Source: Haliotis rufescens (Eukaryota). From it: a DNA stretch of 64,000 bases. The notes under the pieces are model-generated. The model worked only from the letters and a program-made list of their open reading frames with translations. It was not told the origin of the DNA and ran no database searches. The stretch is from assembly GCF_023055435.1 (NCBI RefSeq), contig NW_025963802.1, positions 26,226,001-26,290,000 of the forward strand. Reading direction: 5' to 3'. Both the position numbers and the translations under genes were made by a program. Within the stretch, counting starts at the first letter, position 1; the number at the start of each line of letters is the position of its first letter. Shown piece after piece: positions 13,201-26,065 of the stretch.

Positions 13201-15157
13201 TGCAGCTCAACTACTGGATGAGTAGATATACTTTAGCTGTGAGCAGCTCAACTACTGGATGAGTAGATGCACTTCAGTGGTGAGCAGCTCAACTACTGGA
13301 TGAGTAGATGCACTTTTGTGGTGAGCAGCTCAACTACTGGATGAGTAGATGCACGTTTGTGGTGTGCAGCTCAACTACTGGATGAGAAGATATACTTTAG
13401 CTGTGAGCAGCTCAACTACTGGATGAGTAGATGCACTTCAGTGGTGAGCAGCTCAACTACTGGATGAGTAGATGCACTTCAGTGTCTAGCAGCACAACTA
13501 CTGGATGAGTAGATGTACTTTAGCGGTGAGCAGCTCAACTACAGGATGAGTAGATGCACTTTTGTGGTGTGCAGCTCAACTACTGGATGAGTAGATATAC
13601 TTTGGCTGTGAGCAGCTCAACTACTGGATGAGTAGATGCACGTTTGTTGTGTGCAGCAAAAACTACTGGATGAGTAGATGCACGTTTGTGGTGTGCAGCT
13701 CAACTACTGGATGAGTAGATATACTTTAGCTGTGAGCAGCTCAACTACTGGATGAGTAGATGCACTTCAGTGGTGAGCAGCTCAACTACTGGATGAGTAG
13801 ATGCACTTCAGTGTCTAGCGGCACAACTACTGGATGAGTAGATGCACTTCAGTGTCTAGCAGCACAACTACTGGATGAGTAGATGCACTTTTGTGGTGAG
13901 CAGCTCAACTACTGGATGAGTAGATGCACGTTTGTGGTGTGCAGCTCAACTACTGGATGAGTAGATATACTTTAGCTGTGAGCAGCTCAACTACTGGATG
14001 AGTAGATGCACTTCAGTGGTGAGCAGCTCAACTACTGGATGAGTAGATGCACTTCAGTGTCTAGCAGCACAACTACTGGATGAGTAGATGTACTTTAGCG
14101 GTGAGCAGCTCAACTACAGGATGAGTAGATGCACTTTTGTGGTGTGCAGCTCAACTACTGGATGAGTAGATATACTTTGGCTGTGAGCAGCTCAACTACT
14201 GGATGAGTAGATGCACGTTTGTGGTGTGCAGCTAAACTACTGGATGAGTAGATGCACGTTTGTGGTGTGCAGCTCAACTACTGGATGAGTAGATATACTT
14301 TAGCTGTGAGCAGCTCAACTACTTGATGAGTAGATGCACGTTTGTGGTGTGCAGCTAAACTACTGGACGAGTAGATGCACTTCAGTGGTTAGCAGCTCAA
14401 CTACTGGATGAGTAGATGCACTTCAGTGGTAAGCAGCTCAACTACTGGATGAGTAGATATACTTTAGCGGTAAGCAGCTCAACTTCTGGATGAGTAGATG
14501 CACTTCAGTGGTAAGCAGCTCAACTACTGGATGAGGAGATGCACGTTTGTGGTGAGCAGCTCAACTACTGGATGAGTAGATGCACTTCAGTGTCTAGCAG
14601 CACAACTACTGGATGAGTAGATGCACGTTTGTGGTGTGCAGCTAAACTACTGGATGAGTAGATGCACGTTTGTGGTGTGCAGCTCAACTACTGGATGAGT
14701 AGATATACTTTAGCTGTGAGCAGCTCAACTACTGGATGAGTAGATGCACGTTTGTGGTGAGCAGCTCAACTACTGGATGAGTAGATGCACGTTTGTGGTG
14801 CGCAGCTCAACTACTGGATGAGTAGATGTACTTTTGTGGTGAGCAGCTCAACTACTGGATGAGTAGATATACCTTAGTGGTGTGCAGCTCAACTACTGGA
14901 TGAGTAGATGCACGTTTGTGGTGTGCAGCTCAACTACTGGATGAGTAGATATACTTTTGTGGTGAGCAGCTCAACTACTGGATGAGTAGATGCACGTTTG
15001 TGGAGCGCAGCTCAACTACTCGATGAGTAGATGCACATTAGTGGTGAGCAGCTCAACTACTGGATGAGTAGATGCACATTAGTGGTGAGCAGCTCAACTA
15101 CTGGATGAGTAGATGCACATTAGTGGTGAGCAGCTCAACTACTGGATGAGTAGATGC
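10212..15157. repeat. 41-bp minisatellite, ~120 copies, with a higher-order duplication
   Basis: Unit AGTGGTGAGCAGCTCAACTACTGGATGAGTAGATGCACTTC: a near-constant 26-bp core plus a variable 15-bp segment. Confidence 0.98.
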
Positions 15158-15160
15158 ATT

Positions 15161-15282
15161 CATCAACCAAGTCAGAAAGCCTGACCACCCGATCCTGTTA
15201 GTCGCCTCTTTGGAGAAGCATTGTCGACTTTTATGGCAAGAATGGGTTGCTAAAGACCTATTCTACCTCAGATCTTCAAGGA
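15161..15282 (+). mobile_element. SINE-like dispersed repeat fragment (CCTGACCACCCGATC family)
   Basis: The CAACCAAGTCAG..CCTGACCACCCGATC..TTAGTCGCCTCTT motif recurs at ~19380-19445, 26066-26370, 53790-53830 and 54040-54230. Confidence 0.7.
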
Positions 15283-15289
15283 TCTGTAT

Positions 15290-15540
15290 CTTAGTATAAC
15301 TGGCTTAGTATGTATGGGGGGACATGGAACCTATGATTATGGGTTCAAATCCCAGTTCACCCTGATTATGTTTCTATGTGTCTCAGCACCATACCCGTGC
15401 TTGTGAGTTTCACCAAAGTAGTAAATGTCTGCGACCTGCGTCACTTCATACCTTCCTCCCACATTGAGCTGATAAGCCATGATATAACTGGAATACTGTT
15501 CAAAGCGGTGTCTCAGTCACTCAGTCACTCAGTCACTCAA
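15290..15540 (+). mobile_element. Degenerate tRNA-derived SINE
   Basis: B-box GGTTCAAATCC (~15342), body CCGTGCT..GATATAACTGGAATACTGTTCAAAGCGG similar to the SINE at 63698-63857, and a (CACTCAGT)n tail. Confidence 0.6.
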
Positions 15541-15949
15541 TGGGCAGGAAGTAGCCCTGACATGTCTGATGCAGAAGTTGTTATCCTTGGGCCTTCAAAA
15601 TTAACTAATACAGGCTCAGAAACATATACAACAAATTCTCACAGATATTCAAAATAGATTCAAAACAAAATTAGCCAACTCTTAATGAAAACATACATGC
15701 TAATTTCAACACTCAAACTACACCTGAATAATGAGTAACTTACTTTCCACCTACTACACTTGGTCAGCCCATATTTCTAACTTCAACAACTAATGACAAA
15801 TAGATATCGACTTAACCAATCGTGGAACTGACAATGATGCTTTGAAACACTTCTGAATACGTATATCTCAGTTCAAGCTAGATGACACCTTCCATGCCCC
15901 ACTTACCATGCATACATACATAACATTCATTAATAATATTATACATATC

Positions 15950-17216
15950 CACCACATAGCTACAACACTACATGAGGTGCAAGTGCCAGAGCTTTAACAA
16001 ACCAACACCAGAATCCCTCAAACTAGCACAGCTACAACCCTACATCAGGCACAAGTGCCAGAGCTTTAACAAACCAACACCTCCCTCACACTAGGACAGC
16101 TACAACCCTACATCAGGCACAAGTGTCAGAGCTTAACAAACCAACACCTCCCTCACACCAGCACAGCTACAACCCTACATCAGGCACAAGTGTCAGAGCT
16201 TTAACAAACCAACACCTCCCTCACGCCAGCATAGCTACAACCCTACATCAGGCACAAGTGCCAGAGCTTTAACAAACAACCACCTCCCTCATGCTAGCAC
16301 AGCTACAACCCTACATCAGGCACAAGTGCCAGAGCTTTAACAAACCAACACCTCCCTCACGCCAGCATAGCTACAACCCTACATCAGGCACAAGTGTCAG
16401 AGCTTTAACAAACAACCACCTCCCTCATGCTAGCACAGCTACAACCCTACATCAGGCACAAGTGCCAGAGCTTTAACAAACCAACACCTCCCTCACGCTA
16501 GCATAGCTACAACCCTACATCAGGCACAAGTGCCAGAGCTTTAACAAACAACCACCTCCCTCATGCTAGCACAGCTACAACCCTACATCAGGCACAAGTG
16601 CCAGAGCTTTAACAAACAACCACCTCCCTCATGCTAGCACAGCTACAACCCTACATCAGGCACAAGTGCCAGAGCTTTAACAAACAACCACCTCCCTCAT
16701 GCTAGCACAGCTACAACCCTACATCAGGCACAAGTGTCAGAGCTTTAACAAACAACCACCTCCCTCACGCCACCACAGCTACAACCCTACATTAGGCACA
16801 AGTGCCAGAGCTTTAACAAACCAACACCTCCCTCACACCAGCACAGCTACAACCCTACATCAGGCACAAGTGCCAGAGCTTTAACAAACCAACACCTCCC
16901 TCACACCAGCACAGCTACAACCCTACATCAGGCACAAGTGCCAGAGCTTTAACAAACAACCACCTCCCTCACGCCACCACAGCTACAACCCTACTTCAGG
17001 CACAAGTGTCAGAGCTTTAACAAACCAACACATCCCTCACACAAGCACAGCTACAACCCTACATCAGGCACAAATGCCAGAGCTTTACAAACAACCACCT
17101 CCCTCACGCTAGCATAGCTACAACCCTACATCAGGCACAAGTGCCAGAGCTTTACAAACAACCACCTCCCTCACGCCAGCACAGCTACAACCCTACATCA
17201 GGCACAAGTGCCAGAA
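15950..17216. repeat. 68-bp minisatellite, ~18 copies
   Basis: Unit CACAGCTACAACCCTACATCAGGCACAAGTGCCAGAGCTTTAACAAACCAACACCTCCCTCACACTAG. Confidence 0.97.
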
Positions 17217-17759
17217 CAAATAATCATTGCAATTAAAGTGTTCAAGGTGAGATCTTACAAAACTATGATACTGATACTTTCTTCAGTATATAACTCTAGA
17301 GTGTGAATGATATACACCAGTATCATGTCAAAGTGTAATAGATGTTGTATATTTATATTCCTTTAGCCTCCATACACTAAGAGCATGTTCCATGCACTGC
17401 AGTTCAACAAAAACAATCCAGCTAGGCTATTCAGAGGCCCTTACATGAAAAACTTTGACAGAAACGTAAAAGTGGTATGTGGCATAGTGTCCCAGGACAG
17501 TTTCTCCACCAACGTACCTGCCTCATGCGCATCACATGTTTCACAAAGATGATGTGTATAGAGTTATGATTTAAAACATCCAATGTTGTAGACAGTCTGA
17601 CACGGACGAGGGCCAGTTGTGCTGAATGGTCTGTATCCATAGCTTCAAAGTTTATTTTGTTGAACGTACAGTTGGTGTAAATCTTCTGCTGGAAGTGACC
17701 TTTGTGGCTTGTATGGGTTGATAAGTGTGGACAGGTTTGCTGATGCTAGGCCTTGTTGA

Positions 17760-17910
17760 ATTTGTAGTTGTTGTTGATTAAGTGTTTAGGTGGTTGCCTT
17801 CTGCCTTAGCAATTTTATCTGACCTGTCCCTCTTTGGGACTCATGAGAGTGAGTAGGGTATACATATCTCTTGTAATTTTTAGCATTGATAAAATTTCTG
17901 ATAAGATTTC
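17760..17910 (-). repeat. Dispersed repeat, an inverted copy of 22110-22255 (probable retroelement fragment)
   Basis: CCTTCTGCCTTAGCAATT..CTGTCCCTCTTTGGGACT is the reverse complement of AGTCCCAAAGAGGGACAG..AATTGCTAAGGCAGAAGG at ~22183-22227. Confidence 0.7.
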
Positions 17911-18309
17911 TATGTTTGTAGTGATATGATATTTCCTAAGATCTTTGTTTTGCAGGAGCGAGAACTAAGGTCTGATTTTAATGAGATTGAACAGAAACTT
18001 CCTGAGATAGATATGAGATCCAAACATTATAATGAAAGCCATCTGTGTCCATCGCTAAATCAGATTATGAAGTATTGGTCGGCAATCATTGCATGCCATC
18101 GAGTGCATATTTCATGTACTGATTAAGCCCATTTTGACAATACAAATTAACAATTGTGTCTTGCCATCACAAGTTTCTGCAACATATATCAACATACAAC
18201 ATCAACATTTTGTCTACTTCATATATAATTGTTTTTTTCTATATATCAACAACATGTCTATATAAAGATGTCCCTATGTAGATTGTTAACTTTGCAACTG
18301 GAGTACATA

Positions 18310-19300
18310 TGTGCATATGTTAGATCAAATGATATCTACTGTATGTGAGATCAAATGATATCTACTGTATGTGAGATCAAATGATATCTACTGTATGTGA
18401 GATCAAATGATATCTACTGTATGTGAGATCAAATGATATCTACTGTATGTGAGATCAAATGATATCTACTGTATGTGAGATCAAATAATATCTACTGTAT
18501 GTGAGATCAAATGATATCTACTGTATGTGAGATCAAATGATATCCACTCAGGGTATGAAACTCCCAAACATTTCACAGGACTGGCTAGCTGAAATACTTG
18601 CCAGCCCTGACCAAAACCTGCCTGCCCACTATAATCATATGTTTCTCAGGATAATTTAATTAGAAATATGAAAACTGATTGCTTGTTGCATAAGCGCATC
18701 GCTAAATGTTAGGTTGTCTAAAAGCTTACAGGGTTTCTTTTTGGTTACATTTTATCATTTATCTTTACATGTGAATTAATGCTTATCATATATTCAAATA
18801 TCAAATATTTAGAATATTTTCACCTATGAAATATAACCCGACCGTCGGGCAGGGGGATTTGAAAATCTGGCAGCCCGAGTTGAAATCAACCCGTCTCGGA
18901 CGGTCGGGGAGGCAGGTATTTTGAACGCTGATCTACTGTATGTGAGATCAAATGATATCTACTGTATGTGAGATCAAATGATACCTACTGTATGTGAGAT
19001 CAAATAATATCTACTGTATGTGAGATCAAATGATATCTACTGTATGTGAGACCAAATGACATCTACTGTGTATGTTAGATCAAATGATTTCAAATGTATG
19101 TGAGATCAAATGACATCTATTGCACATGTTAGATCAAATGATATCTACTGCATATGTGAGATCAAATGATATCTACTGTGTATGTTAGATCAAATGATTT
19201 CAAATGTATGTGAGATCAAATGACATCTATTGCATATGTTATATCAAATTATATCTACTGCATATGTGAGATCAAATGACATCTACTGTGTGTGAGATCA
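18310..19300. repeat. 26-bp minisatellite interrupted by a MITE
   Basis: Unit GAGATCAAATGATATCTACTGTATGT at 18310-18548 and 18931-19300. Confidence 0.95.
18549..18930. mobile_element. hAT-like MITE inserted in the 26-bp array
   Basis: Termini CAGGGTATGAAA and TTTTGAACGCTG form an imperfect TIR; flanks are ATCCACT and ATCTACT; GC-rich sub-terminal repeats are present. Confidence 0.65.
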
Positions 19301-20057
19301 ACTTCTAAGCTATTTTTATAAAACATAAAATATATTTTCAACTACCATTATAACGGATTAGTCCAGTTCACAAGCAAGCTGTGGTTGTTATAGGAAGCAG
19401 CTAAAGGGATCAGATGGTCAGGCTAGGTGACTTGGTTGACTGTGTTTCCTATAATGATGGGACATGTTGGACATTGTTCATAATATCAACCATGGGTTTA
19501 ATTGTCTGGTCAAGGCTTGAACAAATACTGCATGGCTGGTGACACACAGCTGGAATTTTGTTGACGGCTGTGTTAAACAACACAAAAACAATACTATCCC
19601 TACATATGTTTGGACTACATGTATCCTGTAAACTAATAGCAAATGTAATATACGATAATAAAATATATATGATCTTAAACATATGAAATCAATTTCCCTC
19701 CACATAAATTACTTATATTTATATTTTGAATCAACAAGTTCAACATTTTGATAGGTAAGAGTAATGATTGTTTACAGAACTGTACATACCTATATTATAC
19801 ATAGAGAAATAATAAATGTTTCCCATTCCCATTTCCAGTTCCAGTTAAAATATCTCAACGTAAAACAGTATCTATCAACCAATATATAATAGTCTAAATG
19901 AAGTAAATAGACTAAACATTCATGCAAATGCGTCTAGTACAAACGATCGAGATACTGACACTTGAGACAACACAGTTAAGTAGTTGAGGTAGTTGTGAGT
20001 TTGAGACATGTACTGTGTAGTCTACTAGTCTATACAACACACAATCTTGTCATTTAC

Positions 20058-20091
20058 CTGTGTTATCACATGTATCTGTAGTTTGATACAT
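20058..20091 (-). CDS. FANK1: Probable FANK1 first coding exon (MYQTTDTCDNT + G)
   Basis: GACC-ATG context, 34 nt, donor CAG|GTAAAT. Phase 1 joins in frame to the 8433 acceptor, giving MYQTTDTCDNTVLSKPAPP. No transcript evidence. Confidence 0.55.
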
Positions 20092-21263
20092 GGTCGGTAT
20101 CCCTAGAACTGTGCACTAAACATACACAGTGCTCTACCAGTTCACAATAACCGGGTGACTGAGCTCCACTATTTCCGTCTCGAAGCTGTCAACACACCAG
20201 TTGTACGGTATTTTTAGATGTCAATGAATATTCTATAGTTTGTTTCAGTTTTCTCCGCTGCACCTGAATATTATGTTAAGTGAAGAGGCACATGTCCTTA
20301 AAGTTGAGGGTTTTCTTACATAATGTGCAAAATATTGGTTTAACTGTAAGTTTATATAAGCCTCAAATGTTTGAAATGATACACCCTGTTTACTGCGCCT
20401 TATGCTATAGATCTTATTACTCAAGAAGGCTTAGACGTGTGGCAACAATTAAGCAGGCTGAAGATTTAGCATATTAAACGTTTATTTATTTTTTTAAACT
20501 TTTAATTTCGAGTTTTTTTCTTATTACTTTGAATATTTTCTCTTCATTTCATATATTTTCTCGACTCGGGTCGACATCAGTACAGCGGTATCAGTATCGG
20601 TATCAACTGTCACGTGACTGGTACAATCTGGTTGACTGTTACACATTTTTGCTTTTGGTCTGCTTGCTCCAGTCTGAATACGATTATTAGGAACGTAGCT
20701 GAATATTACATGGCTGATACCACCTTGTCGTGTATTCGCCGAAGCCTTACGAGCATGCAGTGTATAATTGTTTCCTACTTGACAGTTGCTATGCAGGAAA
20801 CTGTTGTGAATGGTGTTGCCCTACATGCAAGTACCTGTGATACTGTGTGTTACACGTTGCCATGTTCCAGTATTTCCATCTTCCGCCTCCAATAATATCA
20901 AATGACTCCTCAACCAGCAGAAACAACAGTAAACGACAGTATCAACATGACGCAAAGATGGTCATGGTTGTAACTGATATATGGGGAAGTGGAGGGGTTG
21001 GCGGTAAATGGTATATTTGTAAATCAGTCGCCTTGCCGCTCAGTATAAATAGATCAATTACCATACGACAATGTATTGGTATGTCGGATGTGCGATTAAG
21101 AGCGTAAACTGCAGGTGCTGTGTAAACTGGTACAAGTCTACAAGAGATGACTTAAATAATACAAACATATTTACCATAAGGTTCGGGTGTTTTATGAACT
21201 TCAATCAGTGAAAATGTCTTCCTGCTCTTCCATACTCTAGCTGTTTTTGAAGCTAGTGCCAGT

Positions 21264-21278
21264 GTCTGCCATGGCGAC
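21264..21278. promoter_or_regulatory. RFX X-box-like motif upstream of FANK1
   Basis: GTCTGCCATGGCGAC resembles the X-box palindrome GTTGCCATGGCAAC; it lies ~1.2 kb upstream of the putative FANK1 ATG. Confidence 0.4.
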
Positions 21279-23336
21279 CGTGTCCGTGCCGAATTACATC
21301 CATATTGTGACAGAAGATCCATTGCTTCTTAACTCCAGCAATGTTTCCCCTGGTGCGACGTTCTTGGACCCCAAATAACCGGCAAGTTAGTGTTTGTGAA
21401 CGAGCCACATCCCTAGTGTGCCACTAACGTCGATACAGTAATACACTTCGGTCCTACTAATCACTAATCTCATTACAAGGTCGCTGTTTAATAAAAGGGT
21501 GGGCCAACCAGAGCACAATAATCTAAAGATAAGGATTAAATACGTGACTAACTAACCGCAACAGTAGGCAGGTCTCTCCTTGTCGCGGCTCTGTACTAAC
21601 CCTGGGGCTGTCATGTGACATGAAATACTATATGTCGGACAATACTCCTAAACCATACAGAAAGATGTGCAAATTGGCGGATTATTTCTCTGCTGTTGAC
21701 ATTTGTTTAAACAATTTCTCAAGATCTCATAATATATGTCGATCATAGTTGTTTTCAATAGTGCTGTAACGAAACGATGCACGTTTACTTGACACAATCC
21801 TCGATATATTACATGACGTTACATGAAAACTCCACAGTTGCGTCCAGGGCCGAATCCAGAAGTGGCAGTCAATCAGGAACGGTCGGACCAAGAAAAACAG
21901 GTGGATCTGTGTTGGATTTCATTTCACATAGATATTCACGGTAATTAACAAGCAGACACACTGGCGAAGCTAGCTCTAGACAAAGCGGAGATACAGCCTA
22001 TTCCCTTCAGAAATCTAGAGATAAAAAAGCAAAGCCCCCTTAGCCCCAAAATGGCCAAAGAAATTCTGTCAATTCTAAAAATCCAAAATGAAATCATATT
22101 AATATTAAAAAAGAAATCTTATCAGAAATCTTATCCATACTAAAATTCACAATGGTATGTGTACCCTATACTCACACACATCAGTCCCAAAGAGGGACAG
22201 ATCAGCCGGAATTGCTAAGGCAGAAGGCGACCTCTTAAACACAACAACAACTAGTCTAGATCTACTGATGGCGAAGTAGGTGGTCAACAGCATCCATGGT
22301 ATCTGGTGGAGTTTTTTTCTGCTTATCGAAGTTGGTCTTGTAGTCGAGCAAGGCTGTTTTCCCATTCTCTGTACGCTCTTTTGCGGTTTGGTCGTGCAGC
22401 GACGAAGGGTCGACCATCAGTAGGCTCTGTCCAGCTTCCTTATGTAATCCCGAGGGAAAGATAAACCATAATATTCATAATGTTTATTCTCTTTTTTACC
22501 CATAATCAAATTTAGTGTAAACGTATCTAGATCTCATTCCTAACAACCTTCGACATCTTTAGGGGACCTTTTCACGGCACGTCGGATTGTGTAAATATAA
22601 CTCTCTTTTACCATTCAAAATTAGTATGTTTGTATCAGGTTATAATGATACACAAACAACCTGCAAAACGTTAGGAACGTGTTGTTGCATTTAATACATT
22701 ACTGTTATCAAATGCAAGTTAACAATTCTAAAAGTCAAGATCTGTGAGTGCAAGAATGATATTTGAGACACAGGGATTTGTAACGCAAACAGTAGCAGCT
22801 ACACGATATGGTAGCAACGAGTGTCCTTTTATGTAGTTCTGAAACTGGTTGTGACACTTATCTTGCACCTGCTGTTTTTCACATGGGTATGTGGTTATGA
22901 TATGCTCAAAATTGGGCCAAAAGAGGAACCTGTTGAATGACATTCCCAGTGGGTAAGTCAGTACGTGATGTTGTCATTGGTGGAATGCACAAACTGAAAA
23001 AGAGGAAACAGAATTAGAATACATTATGTCTGTCCCAGCCAGCTGTCATCCAAGGTCTGGCTGTCCTACTTGCATAATTAGTAGTTGTTCCTTCTGACAG
23101 GGCCTCAAACAACATAACCATTATAAATACACATCACTACTTGATTATTTTATCAAGGAACTTGGTATAAGTGACATATTAAACAATGTAACATATAAGA
23201 CCGTTATGTTAATAGAGGAAGAAATCGGGGAAAACCGCGCTTCAGTACTAACAACTTTTGACTTGACTCAAAAACCTGAAGATATGTCAGGAATTAATAC
23301 CATCATTACCATGAGGATTCTCAAAACGTTTAAACT

Positions 23337-23740
23337 TGAAAGTATCTGAATTTAACTGAGAAAACAATATGTGAAATGATGGATTTCCTCGTTGGTAACA
23401 TCAATGTGTAACTTTGAGAAAAGACATTCATGAAGGAGTAGGCATCTCCATGGGCACCAATTTTCTCCCTTTCTCCCTGATGTGTTTCTTTGCGCATATA
23501 AATCGAAATTTCTGATCGGATTGGCAAAAGCAAAACCAGGGAATTTGGCCAAGAAGTTGAACTTTAGCTTCAGGTATATGGATGATCTGATGGCGTTCAA
23601 TTACGGTCAAATGGCCAAGTTCCTTCCACTAGTTTACCCACTTGAACTAGACTTACAACAGACCTATGAAACCACTTTATCTGTTTCATATTTAGATTTA
23701 TGAAATAGATATTGAGAGTGACAAACAACTAACAAAAACA
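23337..23740 (+). mobile_element. Penelope-like retroelement reverse transcriptase fragment
   Basis: GISMGTNFSP, FSFRYMDDLM, YPLELDL and SVSYLDL motifs are typical of PLE RTs; the fragment is frameshifted. Confidence 0.85.
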
Positions 23741-24174
23741 TGGATGACCAGAAGGATCACTGATGTGGAAGTAAACGGTTGAAGCCCAACGTTCGCTGGG
23801 GGTACGGTTACTTGCCCTTGATGCTTGTGATTCACCAGCTTCAAGTCGTCCCAATATCCGTGGCGTTGAAAACCGCGAATCATGCACATGCCAAAGGTTA
23901 ACCCTATCAAAGACACTAAACAAGTTTTGTGACACTTTATTGGTGAAAAAGGACGTGGAGACTTTATTTTCACGGAACAGTGCAGTAAGAAATACTTTCT
24001 ATAAACGAAATGTATTGTTACCTTTTTTCGGAGAGTGAAATTAAATAGGGTCATTGCTTAACGACGAATGCGGTGGGAAAACGATGACAATCACCAATTC
24101 AAATTCCTGGTTGTGGAAAAAAACAGCCATAGTGTCCACCGAATCCACTTTAACAGCTGAGCCCGATAAACACC

Positions 24175-24655
24175 CATCTTCCCGAGGCAAGAGAGTTAAA
24201 TGACTTTAAAAGTCCAGTTTCCAGTTTCCAGTTATGTAACTTCTAAGCCTCTCTTATGGACCAATCAGATTCCACCTCTCGTATCAGTTGTGTTTGCTTC
24301 ACACAAAATGGTGGCGCCGGGTCAGGACAATCTGATCGATGATCAAGATCTATGTTGTGACAAAAGGGGTCTTACATCGCGAAATGCATCAAATCACATG
24401 AGCACCTTCATCAAAAACATGAAAAGATTTGGAAAATATCTGCTGACAACGAGTTGGTGATGCACATGCTTTGCAAATCTTGCAATCGACCGAAATATGC
24501 ACGACAGTTTACGAACCGGATTTCGATTTCGGTGCGCGATTTTGATTGGACTATGCATAGACTCGTTAGTCCAGCCAAAATGTAACTCCATAATACCAGC
24601 CTAGGGTGGAAACTGGACTTTAATAGTCAGTTAACTCTCTTGTCTCGGGAAGATG
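24175..24655 (-). mobile_element. MITE with CATCTTCC TIRs and a 9-bp TSD (Mutator-like), copy 1
   Basis: TIRs CATCTTCCCGAGGCAAGAGAGTTAA / TTAACTCTCTTGTCTCGGGAAGATG; TSD ATAAACACC at 24166-24174 and 24656-24664. Confidence 0.9.
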
Positions 24656-25539
24656 ATAAACACCCTTCATATGGAGTTCTCCGATGTGACTAAAGACATC
24701 TATACGATTAAAGTGTCTCAAATACTCGTGATCTTTATTCATGCACACACAGTAAACATGCCCAGTTATGTATTTATAGAGATATATTATTTTACTTAAC
24801 AGTGTGTGTCGGATATACATTTATCAATAATAGTTTACAACTTGCAATCTTGGCATGCTGACAGCAAGTTGGCGGAGTGTGTCGGGAGCCAGTGACAGTG
24901 CGGGGAGGCTGTGGCAGGTGTATCGATCCACGTTTCACCAGGGGTTAATAGGCCATCAAATATTCACTCCAGATCAATACCCGCACAGGGCTTATTAATC
25001 ACTATTATATCGGCTTTCTATTTGTGTTTTCCGCTCCTATCTATTAGCGATGGTTAGTTAGACTGTATTGCTATTTGATGATGCCAGGTCACGGTCTACT
25101 CTGTGTAGGAAACTATGGCACTTGCACGTTAGACCAGTGGTCATAGGAAAACATTTGGCAAGAGTTGTTGTGTTGACATGTTTTCTGTACACATTGTATC
25201 TGTGCAGCATAGGGAACAACCTATGATAATCAAGGTGTTGTCAGCTACACAATATGTAGTAATACGCCTATTATCAGTCCTTTTAATGTATATTGTAACT
25301 ATCATGCGATTTCTGGCGATCTTAAATCAGTATTCACGTAAATTCACGATATTTGATTTGTTATATACTGAGTCAAATTAAAAACTTCACATTTTTAAAA
25401 GTAATCCCATATATGATATACAACGGACAAATGTATCAGAGAAGGTAATTTTTAATCATTAATGTCCAAAGAAGGATTTTAATTAACGGTGGTAGCCATA
25501 ATTTGTTCCAAGCACCTACGTTATTCGGTAATAACATCA

Positions 25540-26060
25540 ACAGTTTAAATCATAAGTCCCAAGCACGAGAATCTGATGGCACACAAGTTCAGTAGCGTGT
25601 ATGACCACCATGTGCGTTGACAACTGCCACACAACGCCTCCGCATGGACCTTGTGATGCTTGTGAACACATGATTGGGAAGACGACGCCATTGTTGCTGC
25701 AAAATGGTGCCAAGATCTTGCAAATTCTGTGGTTGGTTCTGGAGAGTGCGCAGACTTCTGGCAAGAGCATCCAAGAGACCTTGACGGCCTGTCCATGACG
25801 TTGACTCCCGCATTCTGAAGGAAATTCCTTGTCAAAATTGCTGTGTGGGGTCTGGCATTGTCGTGTCGGAAGATCAAACCGGGCCCTTGTGCTGCCATAA
25901 AAGGCAGAGGTTCTGGTGCCAGTACCTGGTCGCGGTAAGCAGCAGCGTTGAGGTTGCCACGGATGACAAGAAGCCTTGAACGTGCATTGCCACAAAAAGC
26001 ACCCCACACCATGACAAAATCGGTTACGGAGGTGACATAAGACAATCTGACGATCCTCTG
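25540..26060 (-). mobile_element. Decayed, internally deleted Tc1 transposase
   Basis: VMVWGAF, IRGNLNAAAYRDQVL, FRHDNARPH and SMRRRCVAVVNAHGGHTRY motifs. Confidence 0.9.
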
Positions 26061-26065
26061 CATGT

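Noticed and set aside
10212-15157. CRISPR array
   Set aside because: The variable segments are only 15 bp, mutually homologous and reused; the context is a eukaryotic intron with no cas genes.
15901-15910. ATG|GTAAGT as the FANK1 first coding exon
   Set aside because: Phase 0 would put the FN3 exon (phase 1 acceptor) out of frame.
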